64,000 bases of DNA from an uncultured Methanoregula sp. GTDB lineage: Archaea; Halobacteriota; Methanomicrobia; Methanomicrobiales; Methanospirillaceae. Under the pieces are notes generated by a model that was not told the origin of the DNA, searched no databases, and saw nothing but the letters and a program-made list of their open reading frames with translations. Below, one piece after another: positions 27,795 to 36,597 of this stretch. Position numbers and translations under genes: made by a program. The stretch is taken from assembly GCA_964592875.1 (NCBI GenBank), contig CAZQGG010000009.1:2514-66513 (forward strand), read 5' to 3'. Each line of letters opens with the position of its first letter. Within the stretch, counting starts at the first letter, position 1.

Positions 27795-28286
27795 ATGGAA
27801 GAGATGAAATTCACGATCAAGAAACTACCGGCCCGGACGGTGGTTGGCATTGCCCGCCGCACCTCCAACGCGGAGGCGGCCGGTGTGATCCCGGGCTGCT
27901 GGCAGGAATTTTTCTCCCAGAATGCTGCAGCAAAGATCCCGAACCGGGCAGTCCCCCCGGTCATGTATGCCGTGTACTCGGATTACGAGAAGGACTGGAC
28001 AAAACCGTACTCCTACCTGCTCGGGTGCGGAGTGACAAAGGCAGTGACGGTTCCCGAGGGCATGGAGGTCCGCCAGATCCCGGCGCAGACCTACGCGATC
28101 TTCCGGGCCAGAGGGAAGATGCCGGACGAGATCGTCGGGGTCTGGGCCAACATCTGGGCATCCAATCTCCCGCGGACGTACACCTACGACTTCGAGCTGT
28201 ACGACCAGCGGTTTACGCGGCCGCAGAATAAGGAGGCCGACATCTACGTGGCGATCGAGCCCAAGGACGACATGGTGCCGATCTGA
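27795..28286 (+). CDS. GyrI-like small-molecule-binding (effector) domain protein
   Basis: VVGIARRTSN, YAVYSDYE, YLLGCGV, IPAQTYAIF, YTYDFELYD; start uncertain. Confidence 0.85.
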   Translation: MEEMKFTIKKLPARTVVGIARRTSNAEAAGVIPGCWQEFFSQNAAAKIPNRAVPPVMYAVYSDYEKDWTKPYSYLLGCGVTKAVTVPEGMEVRQIPAQTYAIFRARGKMPDEIVGVWANIWASNLPRTYTYDFELYDQRFTRPQNKEADIYVAIEPKDDMVPI

Positions 28287-28304
28287 TCGGCCCCTTTTTT
28301 TATA

Positions 28305-28326
28305 AATAACACATTGTTAACTGTGA
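28305..28326 (-). repeat. 22-bp boundary site TCACAGTTAACAATGTGTTATT (21/22 identical to 38539-38560)
   Basis: Reverse complement of 28305-28326 compared base by base with 38539-38560. Confidence 0.85.
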
Positions 28327-28384
28327 TTTTTCTAAAAATTAAATTTAGAAATGGACTTGATTCACAATTTAAAATAATAGATAA

Positions 28385-29251
28385 TTATTGATCTTTAAAC
28401 ATCGCGATGTTAATAGAGAATTGTTTTTTCTCCATTTGCTTACCGATGGAATTTTGGAATTGAAGGGCAACTTGAAATTCTGGGATGTTATCCGGATGAA
28501 AAAATCGTTCTACGTGTCCAACAAGCAATTCCGCATCACAAATTTTGATACTAACTTTCTGTTTTGGACCAAGTATAGAAATTCCCTTTTGAACAATTGA
28601 GTGGGAATCGAACATTCCACTAATGATTGGAAAATCACTTGGATTAGAGTTAATTTTAATGTTCTGAGCAATTCCAAAACCAATATTTTCAATAATTAGG
28701 TCAATAATTGCAGGATTGTCAGTTTTATCGATTTGTAAATATGCAATAAGGTCGGGTTTCGTTTGAGCATCAAATAGAGCTTGATTTGTTCTAACCAAAT
28801 CTTGGGTTAGCAAAACATATAGGAATGTTATAACTGCAACTAAAAGACTCGGAATTGCCATAATTGCAGTAGTTATGTACTGAGTATCATTGGAATGTTG
28901 AGCAAAAATCCATACAAACCAAAAAATATACCCAAATGTCGCAATACCAAATCCCAAATTTACTAAAATTCTTCCAAAATTTGAAGAATTAAAGAGATAT
29001 TGGATTTTACTTTTTGTAATGTTTTCAAATGATGGTGATTGTGAATCACTTGGGTTAGAATTAGAGTCATTATATTCAGATCTGCTAATCAGAAAAACAA
29101 CCAATGCACCCATTAGAAGGCAGATTACGTATATAGTTACATATTTTGTCCAATTCTGAAAATCTGTTAATACACCGTACATAATTGGGTAAAACAAACT
29201 AGCTAATGCTAAAACAACGGTGTACGATGTAAGACGATTGATGTGTACCAT
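28385..29251 (-). CDS. AT-rich hypothetical membrane protein (likely horizontally acquired)
   Basis: 288-aa ORF, four TM-like helices then a soluble beta-rich domain; base composition visibly far more AT-rich than the flanks. Confidence 0.75.
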   Translation of the reverse strand: MVHINRLTSYTVVLALASLFYPIMYGVLTDFQNWTKYVTIYVICLLMGALVVFLISRSEYNDSNSNPSDSQSPSFENITKSKIQYLFNSSNFGRILVNLGFGIATFGYIFWFVWIFAQHSNDTQYITTAIMAIPSLLVAVITFLYVLLTQDLVRTNQALFDAQTKPDLIAYLQIDKTDNPAIIDLIIENIGFGIAQNIKINSNPSDFPIISGMFDSHSIVQKGISILGPKQKVSIKICDAELLVGHVERFFHPDNIPEFQVALQFQNSIGKQMEKKQFSINIAMFKDQ

Positions 29252-29274
29252 AAAAGGGTTACATCATTTACAAG

Positions 29275-29850
29275 TTATGAAAGTATGGATTTTGTTAAAA
29301 ATCCCGGCACCAGCGCCAGTACCACGCAGACGGCAACCGGGATGACGAGGTTGTCATCAACCGGGGAGAGGAGCTCGATCACCCCGGCCACAACCGCAAT
29401 GGCAACAGCGCCCGGCAGCGTGAGGAACGGGAGCAGGACGAGGATTGTTACGAGGATGCCGGCGATCGTTCCCTCCCATGACTTGCCGTTATGGATCCGG
29501 GTCCGGCCGAACCGCACCCCCACGATCGTGGTCACGCTGTCAAGTACCGCAAGGGTGACGAGGGCCGGTACAGAGATCGTGACGGGGAAGAGGATCACGC
29601 AGGCCAGCGCACTGACCGCAAAATAGAGCGCTCCCCGGCCGGGCAGGCGATCGCCCCGGTCGAAGGCCTCGACAAGCGGCGAGAAGAGGGGGAGCCGGTG
29701 ACCGCGGAGGATCAGATCAACCATCACGATCCCGATGAAGAGGCCCCCGGCAAGGATCGCGACCGCAGCCGACTGGCCTGCCACAAGAACCATGCCCGCA
29801 ACAGCAAGGCCGAAGAGGAGGTGCACCAGCTGGCGGACGAGTTCCTTCAT
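29275..29850 (-). CDS. SEC59/DGK1/VTE5-family (cytidylyltransferase-like) membrane kinase
   Basis: MKELVRQLVHLLFG, LDSVTTIVGVRFG, GKSWEGT, ELLSPVDDNLVIP. Confidence 0.85.
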   Translation of the reverse strand: MKELVRQLVHLLFGLAVAGMVLVAGQSAAVAILAGGLFIGIVMVDLILRGHRLPLFSPLVEAFDRGDRLPGRGALYFAVSALACVILFPVTISVPALVTLAVLDSVTTIVGVRFGRTRIHNGKSWEGTIAGILVTILVLLPFLTLPGAVAIAVVAGVIELLSPVDDNLVIPVAVCVVLALVPGFLTKSILS

Positions 29851-29970
29851 GGAAGAAGTGTACGCTGAACCGGGGATAATAACCTGCGGTATGAGATCCG
29901 ACGCGGACCCGGGGCATCCACATGCAGAATCCTCAACACATATCTGGGATGAAATACGAGAGACTATCAT

Positions 29971-30702
29971 ATGAACCGCCAGCAGATCCGCACGACAATT
30001 CTTCTCCTCTCGTTGTTGCTCATGTCGGTAACGTTTGTGTACATCTCCCCGTACATCATGATGACGGGACTCACGAACGGCGTCATTGCCGCAGGACTCA
30101 TCTTCTGGATCATCGCGTTTTTGCTCACCCTCGTCATCGGCCGGGCATTCTGCGGGTACCTCTGCCCCATGGGTGCCGAACAGGAGATCATTGACAGGGC
30201 GCTGAAGATCCCGCTCCGTACCGTCCCATACCTCAGGTACCTCAAGTACCTTCTCGCGGTCTTCTGGGTTGGCGGGGCCGTCTTCCTTGCCGCCGCAGCC
30301 GGGACGCTTGTTCTGAACCCGCTCTTCGGCATCGGCAGCGGGCTTCCCCCGTGGCAGGCCGGTGCATACCTCTTCCTCTATGCCATGACCCTCGGGGTCT
30401 TTGTCCTCGTCCTCATCCTCGGGCGGCGGGGCATGTGCAATTATCTCTGCCCGATGTCCGTGGTCTTCATCGTAATCACGAAACTGAAAAACGCTCTGAA
30501 GATCCCTTCGCTTCACCTGGTGGCCGAGCCGGATGAGTGTATTAAATGCAAAAAGTGTACCGCATCCTGCCCCATGAGCCTGCCCGTGCAGGAGATGGCA
30601 GGCGCAAAGGAGATGCAGAACCCGGAGTGTATCCTCTGCGGCAACTGCGTGGATGCCTGCACCAAAAACGTGATCCGGTTCGCGTGGCGCTGGAACCGCT
30701 GA
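29971..30702 (+). CDS. Membrane 4Fe-4S binding protein (NapH/MauN-like polyferredoxin)
   Basis: GRAFCGYLCPMG, CNYLCP, CIKCKKCTASCP, CILCGNCVDAC. Confidence 0.9.
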   Translation: MNRQQIRTTILLLSLLLMSVTFVYISPYIMMTGLTNGVIAAGLIFWIIAFLLTLVIGRAFCGYLCPMGAEQEIIDRALKIPLRTVPYLRYLKYLLAVFWVGGAVFLAAAAGTLVLNPLFGIGSGLPPWQAGAYLFLYAMTLGVFVLVLILGRRGMCNYLCPMSVVFIVITKLKNALKIPSLHLVAEPDECIKCKKCTASCPMSLPVQEMAGAKEMQNPECILCGNCVDACTKNVIRFAWRWNR

Positions 30703-30732
30703 AATTTTTTTTATTTTTTTACAATACCGTGG

Positions 30733-31491
30733 TTACAGTACCGAGGACTCTTTCCCGGTCTCCTGGAACGTTCCTGCCGGCAGCGTGATGACGAAGCGGG
30801 CACCTTTCTCCGGTTCCCCGTTCTCGATGATGGAAAGGCCCGTGATGCCGAGGATCTCGCGGGCAAGGAAGAGTCCCCAGCCCACGCCCTTCCCGAATCC
30901 CCGCTCGAAGATCCGTTCCTTGTCCTTTACCGGGATACCGACACCGTCGTCCTCAATGATCATCTCGGCATGCGGCCCGACAATGGTTGCGGTGATCCGG
31001 ATCTCCGAGGGTTTCCCGGCATGCTGGCGGGTATTTTCAAAGATATACTGCAATGCCCGGTCAAAATGGGGATCGGCAAGGATGATCATCTGCCCGGCCG
31101 GTTCGGCAATGCGGAGGCTTGTGCCACTGCAGGCTTCGCGGGCCCGGTTCGTGGCATTGGTCAGGTTCTGCCACCGGGGGGGTTCAACGGCAAGGTTCTG
31201 GTAATCCTTGGCAAACTGGAAGAGCCGCCGGATCTTGTCGGCCGCCTGCTTCTCCCGGTCAAGGAATACTTTTGTTTTTTCATCCTCAAGGGTCATCGAG
31301 AGGAGCTCGTTGTACCCGACTATCGCGGTGAGCTGGTTCAGGACATCGTGCCGGGTCACGCTCCCGACTAGCTGGAGTTTCTTTTCCAGAAATGCGATCT
31401 TTTCGTTGAGCCGGGCGATCTCCTCTTCGGGATTGGCGGGGGCGGCACTGCCGGGTATTTCCTGTGATCGTTCGTTGTTTTCCATCGACAT
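30733..31491 (-). CDS. Sensor histidine kinase (cytoplasmic; HisKA + HATPase)
   Basis: VTRHDVLNQLT, IFENTRQH, DDGVGIP, IFERGFGKGVGWGLFL, GARF. Confidence 0.92.
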   Translation of the reverse strand: MSMENNERSQEIPGSAAPANPEEEIARLNEKIAFLEKKLQLVGSVTRHDVLNQLTAIVGYNELLSMTLEDEKTKVFLDREKQAADKIRRLFQFAKDYQNLAVEPPRWQNLTNATNRAREACSGTSLRIAEPAGQMIILADPHFDRALQYIFENTRQHAGKPSEIRITATIVGPHAEMIIEDDGVGIPVKDKERIFERGFGKGVGWGLFLAREILGITGLSIIENGEPEKGARFVITLPAGTFQETGKESSVL

Positions 31492-31634
31492 CCCCCCCTG
31501 CCCGTCCCGCGAGACCGGTGCGGGACGCTCAAAACAAGTTAAGAAATCTATATCCGGTCTGGTTATTGAGGGTTGTTATTTCTCGGCACTGTGCACCACG
31601 TTAAAAAACTTCAAACACCTAACTCCATTTTGAT

Positions 31635-32624
31635 ATGCAGCACCGCACGCTCACGTTTTCCCGGAACGTCTTTTTGCCCCTGACAACCGTGTGCCGGAAC
31701 CGGTGCGGGTACTGCTGCTTCCGGACGCCCGTGCAGGAGGGATGTGTCATGGCGCAGGCCGACGTTGAGAAGACCCTGCGCGACGGGGCCGCGCTCGGCT
31801 GCACGGAAGCACTCTTCACGTTCGGTGAACGGCCGGAGAACGAGCCGGGCTTTTCTGAGATGCTCGCCCCGCTCGGCTACGCCACGATCCTCGATTACTG
31901 TACGGCGATGTGCAAAGCGGCAATTGCCTGTGGCATCCTCCCGCACACGAATGCCGGCATCCTCACGTACGAAGAGATGGAACGGCTCCGGCCCGTGAAC
32001 GCGAGCATGGGCCTGATGCTCGAAACAACAGCAGAGATCCCGGCGCACGCGACTTCTGTTGGGAAATCCCCGGATGTCCGGCTCGCGATGATGGAGGACG
32101 CGGGAAAACTGAAGATCCCGTTCACGACCGGCCTTTTGCTCGGGATCGGCGAGACCATGGCCGACCGCGAGGACTCGCTCTTTGCGATCCGCGACCTCCA
32201 CAAACGCTACGGCCACATCCAGGAGATCATCATCCAGAACTTCTGCCCAAAGCCCGGCACCCCGCTTGGCGCGAGCGCGGTCCCGACAACGGACGAGGTT
32301 GCGGCCACGATCCGGATGGCGAAAGATATTCTCCAGCCGGACATTTCTGTCCAGATCCCACCCAACCTGATCGATGCGAGCCTGCTTATCGCGTGCGGCG
32401 TGGACGATCTCGGCGGCATCTCCCCGCTCACCATCGATTACGTGAACCCCGAGCACCCGTGGCCGGCGTTCGATGAGCTCCAGCGCATTGCCGGGAACGC
32501 CCATTTAGTCGAGCGGCTCTGCATCTACCCGCAGTACATTGAACGCGGGTGGTTCGACCCCGGCATGCAACCCCTGATAAACCGGCTCGCACAAACAGTA
32601 CAGACAAGGAGCGAAGACCTGTGA
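31635..32624 (+). CDS. cofG: FO synthase subunit 1 (radical SAM)
   Basis: TFSRNVFLPLTTVCRNRCGYCCF, PHTNAG, FTTGLLLGIGE, HIQEIIIQNF, DYVNPEHPWP. Confidence 0.95.
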   Translation: MQHRTLTFSRNVFLPLTTVCRNRCGYCCFRTPVQEGCVMAQADVEKTLRDGAALGCTEALFTFGERPENEPGFSEMLAPLGYATILDYCTAMCKAAIACGILPHTNAGILTYEEMERLRPVNASMGLMLETTAEIPAHATSVGKSPDVRLAMMEDAGKLKIPFTTGLLLGIGETMADREDSLFAIRDLHKRYGHIQEIIIQNFCPKPGTPLGASAVPTTDEVAATIRMAKDILQPDISVQIPPNLIDASLLIACGVDDLGGISPLTIDYVNPEHPWPAFDELQRIAGNAHLVERLCIYPQYIERGWFDPGMQPLINRLAQTVQTRSEDL

Positions 32625-33586
32625 AACAGAAAGCCCTGCTCTATACCGGCAAAGCCAAGTCCGTGTTCCGCACGGATGTGAAGGGACAGTTCATCGTGGA
32701 GTTCCGCGACGACATCACCGCGTTCGATGGTGGAAAGAAAGATGTCCTGAAAAACAAGGGCAGCTACAACGCGGAAGTCTCGGCATTTCTCTTCGAGTAT
32801 CTCGAAAAGAACGGCGTTGCGACCCATTTTGTGAAGATGCTCGACCCGCGCCGGATGGTGGTGCGGGAACTCTCGATGATCCCGCTCGAAGTGATCGTGA
32901 GAAACGTTGCCGCCGGGTCCATTGTGCGGAACTACCCGTTCAAGGAAGGAACGAAGCTCAGCCCGCCCATCATCGTGATCGATTACAAGGATGATTCACG
33001 GCACGACCCGATGCTCAACGACGAGCTGATCGTGGCGCTGAAGCTCGCGACCGCAAAGGAACTTGCGGAGATCAAGAAGATCGCCCTGAAGATCAATGCG
33101 CTGCTTGTCAAGCTCATGGCTGCGCAGGGCATCACGCTCGTGGACTTCAAGATCGAGTTCGGCCGAAGCGGGAAAAAGATCTGCCTTGGCGACGAGATCA
33201 GCATGGACTCGATGCGCCTCTGGGACAAAAAGACGAACGAGTCGCTCGACAAGGATGTGTACCGGTTCGAGAAGGGCGATGTGATGGCCACCTACAACCG
33301 GGTGGCGAAGAGGATCACAACGAAAGCCGCCGCTGCATCCGCAAAGAAGGCTGCGGCAAAAGTCCCGGCTAAACCTGTGAAGAAACCGATGAAGAAAGCA
33401 CCGGTAAAGGCCAAAGTCCCGGTGAAAAAACCGGCGAAGAAAGTTCCGGCCAAGAAACCAGTAAGCAAGGTTCCGGTCAGGAAACCCGTTACAGCAAAAG
33501 CGGCTGCAAAGAAGGCGCCCGTAAACATTGTTGCCAGAAAACCGGTGAAGAAACCGGCCAAAAAATCTTCTGCAAAAACCCGCTGA
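32621..33586 (+). CDS. purC: SAICAR synthetase with C-terminal Lys/Ala/Pro-rich extension
   Basis: LYTGKAKSVF, EFRDDITAFDG, IPLEVIVRN, LVDFKIEFG, GDEISMDSMRLWD, DKDVYR; GTG start overlaps the cofG TGA. Confidence 0.96.
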   Translation: MKQKALLYTGKAKSVFRTDVKGQFIVEFRDDITAFDGGKKDVLKNKGSYNAEVSAFLFEYLEKNGVATHFVKMLDPRRMVVRELSMIPLEVIVRNVAAGSIVRNYPFKEGTKLSPPIIVIDYKDDSRHDPMLNDELIVALKLATAKELAEIKKIALKINALLVKLMAAQGITLVDFKIEFGRSGKKICLGDEISMDSMRLWDKKTNESLDKDVYRFEKGDVMATYNRVAKRITTKAAAASAKKAAAKVPAKPVKKPMKKAPVKAKVPVKKPAKKVPAKKPVSKVPVRKPVTAKAAAKKAPVNIVARKPVKKPAKKSSAKTR

Positions 33587-33646
33587 TCACAAAAACTATT
33601 GTGCCTGATGTACAATGTATCCAAAACTACGGGGCAGACACTGATC

Positions 33647-33928
33647 ATGACCGACTCAGCAATGGACGAAGCAGAGATGCTCAAATGGGCAAAGGGGTAC
33701 GCACACAAGCAGGGCTGGGACCTCAATCCGGATGAGACGCAACTGGGGACCGTGATCCGGGGCCTGGTGCGCAACAAGACCAAGTTCGGCCACCCCTACT
33801 GCCCCTGCCGGCTCCGGAGCGGGGATGAGGAGAAGGACCGGGCCATCGAATGCCCGTGCGTATACCACAAGGAAGAGGTGGCAAACCAGGGATTCTGCCA
33901 CTGTCACCTGTATTTCAAGAAGCCCTGA
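33647..33928 (+). CDS. Ferredoxin:thioredoxin reductase catalytic subunit-like protein
   Basis: YCPCR, ECPC, CHCHLY (CPC/CPC/CHC pattern). Confidence 0.9.
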   Translation: MTDSAMDEAEMLKWAKGYAHKQGWDLNPDETQLGTVIRGLVRNKTKFGHPYCPCRLRSGDEEKDRAIECPCVYHKEEVANQGFCHCHLYFKKP

Positions 33929-33938
33929 TCTTTTTTTT

Positions 33939-34448
33939 ATGTCCAATGTTCTGCCGCAGCCGGACCTGTGCGGTCTTGCGCCGGTCACCGGGCCGGACCC
34001 GCGTGTGCTGATTCTCGGGAGTTACCCCAGTGTTCTCTCACTGGCGCACCGGGAATATTACGGCAACCCGAAGAACCGGTTCTGGGCCGTGATGGAAACA
34101 ATTCTTGGGGTCCCGGCCGATCTGCCGTACGCTGATCGGACCCTGCGGCTCACAAACAACAATATTGCGCTCTGGGACGTTGTCGCACGCTGCGAGCGGC
34201 CGGGCAGTGCGGACAGCCGGATAAAAGATCCGGTGCCAAACGATCTTGCCGGATTTTTTTATGAGCACCCGACCCTCCGGCTCGTTGCGCTGAACGGTGG
34301 CACGGCCGGCCGGCTCTATCACAAACTCGCTGAAGTCCCGGGCCTCGCTTCTGTTACGCTGCCGTCAACGAGCCCAGCGTACGCGGCGATGAGGTTTGAG
34401 GAGAAAGTCCGGGCGTGGCGGATCATTGCCGGGCACCTGAAGACCTGA
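33939..34448 (+). CDS. UDG-superfamily DNA glycosylase (Mug-like/DNA-deoxyinosine glycosylase)
   Basis: LILGSYPSVLSL...YYGNPKNRFW, IALWDV, ALNG, LPSTSPA. Confidence 0.88.
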   Translation: MSNVLPQPDLCGLAPVTGPDPRVLILGSYPSVLSLAHREYYGNPKNRFWAVMETILGVPADLPYADRTLRLTNNNIALWDVVARCERPGSADSRIKDPVPNDLAGFFYEHPTLRLVALNGGTAGRLYHKLAEVPGLASVTLPSTSPAYAAMRFEEKVRAWRIIAGHLKT

Positions 34449-34984
34449 ACAGCCCGGCCTCAGGAACGCGAAGATCCGGATGAGCAGAACCTCCGGGGAA
34501 CGAGGTGCTGCAAAACGCTCGATTCCGGGGATTCCCCTGAATTCTCCGACGTGCGAGTGGTTCATCAGAACCACGAGGATGAGAAGAATCCGAAGGATTC
34601 TTCGACGTAAAACCCGATCACACCCATAAACGGCCACCAGACCCCGCCGGTCCGATCCGGACCCCCTGCCATGAACTGGAACCCGTTTTTGCCACCGTTC
34701 GGCCAAAAGAATGTGGCTAAATATGACCTCTCATCTCCGGCGTAAAAACAGGGATTTTACCCGGATTATTCCCCCGTTTTCCGGAATTATTCCCTCTGGT
34801 TCCGGAAAAGTGGTACAACGGAGCCCGCAGGAGGCCCGGATTAGTGTATCCCCAAAATGAAGGGGTGCTCCGACGTGCGACAGGTCATCAGACCTGGAGC
34901 AGGAGAGGAAACCGACAGGTTTCTTCGATTGCGGAGATAATCGGGGAACAACCCATACAGAGAGATGAGTGCCCCGACATCCCC

Positions 34985-35368
34985 TCACACCGTCACCGGC
35001 CCGGAGACCGCACTTCCCTTATCAGCAAGCACCTGCCCGTGCCGGTCGATCTCAACAATCCCGTCCGCAGTTACGCAAAAGAACCGCCACGTGCCGTGCT
35101 TGGACCGAAGCCAGAGCTCGCGGGTGAGGGCCACATCCCGCATGATCGCCCGGAGCTTTCTGATATCCTCACAGAACTCATACGCGATATCGGCCAGCGA
35201 CGCGAGGATCCGTGGCGTGAACCTCACGCGGACGAACGCACCCGTGGTTGTGGCATCGATGGTGAAATGATAATAGGTCTCCGGGCCCAGAACCGCCACC
35301 TGGACCTTCCCCCGCTGTCGTGCAATCGCGATCGCATCCGGCAGCGCCCGGTGCGGACGCGGGGTCAC
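34985..35368 (-). CDS. Methanomicrobiales-type small basic hypothetical protein, possible PD-(D/E)XK-like fold
   Basis: AIAIARQRG, FVRVRFT, RELWLRSKHGTWRFF; start uncertain (GTG 35368 or TTG 35383). Confidence 0.55.
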   Translation of the reverse strand: MTPRPHRALPDAIAIARQRGKVQVAVLGPETYYHFTIDATTTGAFVRVRFTPRILASLADIAYEFCEDIRKLRAIMRDVALTRELWLRSKHGTWRFFCVTADGIVEIDRHGQVLADKGSAVSGPVTV

Positions 35369-35403
35369 CGCACCGCCCCGCAATAAAAAAAATCCGGTCG
35401 CCG

Positions 35404-35534
35404 CCGGGAGGTTTTGCGATCGGGCCTTCCGGATTCTGCTGTCATGTAAAAACGAAAGATATTTTGTATTAAATATTGGAATGATGCCTCTGGATCAATG
35501 ACAGAACCACGGGGTTGCAGGATCTAAAAAAGAC
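35404..35534. repeat. ~130-bp structured direct repeat, copy A
   Basis: Aligns over its whole length with 36230-36354 (e.g. GGATCAATGACAGAACCACGGGGTT identical). Confidence 0.9.
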
Positions 35535-35549
35535 CCTCGATGCTCCCGC

Positions 35550-35900
35550 TTAGTTCCGGGCCTCTTCGCTCTTGAGGATCTCCCGGATCTCATTTTTCAG
35601 GCCGGGCAGCTTGGCGGTGGCGTTGTCCCAGAGGATCGTATCCTTGATGTTAAAATACCCGTGAGTGAGGACATCGCGGAACCCGGCAACCTTCTTCCAG
35701 TCCGTGCCGGGGTACCGTGCCTTGAGTTCGTCCGGCAGTTTCTTGATGGCTTCGCCAATCACCTGGAAATTCCGGATCACGGCATCCCTGCGCCTTCGAT
35801 CCTTTGAAAATTCCTCGATCGTGATCCCGGCAATGTCCTCTTCGATGTTGCCGATGGACTCAAGGATATCTTCAAGGTACTGGAGTTGCGTCCTACGCAT
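35550..35900 (-). CDS. hepT: HepT-like HEPN RNase toxin (DUF86)
   Basis: DAVIRNFQVIGEA, RX4HXY motif RDVLTHGY. Confidence 0.92.
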   Translation of the reverse strand: MRRTQLQYLEDILESIGNIEEDIAGITIEEFSKDRRRRDAVIRNFQVIGEAIKKLPDELKARYPGTDWKKVAGFRDVLTHGYFNIKDTILWDNATAKLPGLKNEIREILKSEEARN

Positions 35901-36177
35901 ACACGACCTCTCTCATGATGTACGGCTTCAGCCGTTTCTTGATTGCACCTTCCATGATGAGATCAACCCGGCGCCCGAAGAGGTCTTCAAGATAAAACTT
36001 GCAGTCCATATAGTTGTCGAACGTCTCCTGTCCTTCGCGGAACGAGACGAGAACGTCCACATCGCTGTCCGCCCGCTCCTCTCCCCGTACGAACGAGCCG
36101 AAGATGCCGATGGTTGCAATGCCGAACCGTTTCTTTAAGGCCGGTTCGTGCTGCCGGAGGAGACTGAGCGGATCCAT
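35893..36177 (-). CDS. mntA: Minimal nucleotidyltransferase antitoxin
   Basis: GIFGSFVRGEERADSDVD (GSX10DXD), LEDLFGRRVDL; 8-bp overlap with the toxin. Confidence 0.92.
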   Translation of the reverse strand: MDPLSLLRQHEPALKKRFGIATIGIFGSFVRGEERADSDVDVLVSFREGQETFDNYMDCKFYLEDLFGRRVDLIMEGAIKKRLKPYIMREVVYA

Positions 36178-36229
36178 ACGATCAGTACGTGAATTTGTAT
36201 GTTCATTACTATTAATCCATTGACCACAG

Positions 36230-36354
36230 CCGGAAGGTTTTGCATACGGGCCTTCCGGATCCTGCTGTCATGGAAAAAAGATATTTTGTCTTAAATAGTG
36301 GCGTGATGCCTCGGGATCAATGACAGAACCACGGGGTTACAGGATCCAAAAGAC
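36230..36354. repeat. ~125-bp structured direct repeat, copy B
   Basis: Internal inverted repeats CCGGAAGG/CCTTCCGG, GGATCCTG/CAGGATCC, CTGTCAT/ATGACAG. Confidence 0.9.
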
Positions 36355-36409
36355 TATCGGAGTGCCGAACCGGTGAAGGGACATTTCATCGTAGCGGGAA
36401 GCCGGTAGC

Positions 36410-36530
36410 ACAAAAAATATTAAAAAAATCAAAAATTTTGAAAATAATTTTGTAAGAAAATTTCCGGCACTATCGGTTCACAAAAAATTTTTCAAAAAAA
36501 ATTTAGAAAAAACGGATTCGCTAATAAAAA
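36410..36530. other. Phased A/T-tract region (probable intrinsically bent DNA)
   Basis: A4-A8 tracts at about 36412, 36422, 36431, 36441, 36457, 36482, 36494, 36507, 36526. Confidence 0.6.
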
Positions 36531-36597
36531 CCAGGACCAGACCCATGTATATTAACAACATTTAAAATAAATCGGGTAGTACGGGGGATTTCTGACA

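Noticed and set aside
29275-30516. 413-aa ORF as a single gene
   Set aside because: The N-terminal 222 codons are antisense to the 4Fe-4S protein gene or intergenic; the real gene starts at MKELVRQ (29850).
34440-34980. ORFs 34365..34706 and 34844..35386, and hairpin GAAGAATCC/GGATTCTTC (~34582-34602)
   Set aside because: The ORFs lack recognisable features or shadow real genes; the hairpin is most simply a terminator-like element.
35404-36354. Canonical integron attC sites, CRISPR repeats or box C/D sRNAs
   Set aside because: No RYYYAAC/GTTRRRY ends, only two long copies without spacers, and box spacing incompatible with C/D guides.
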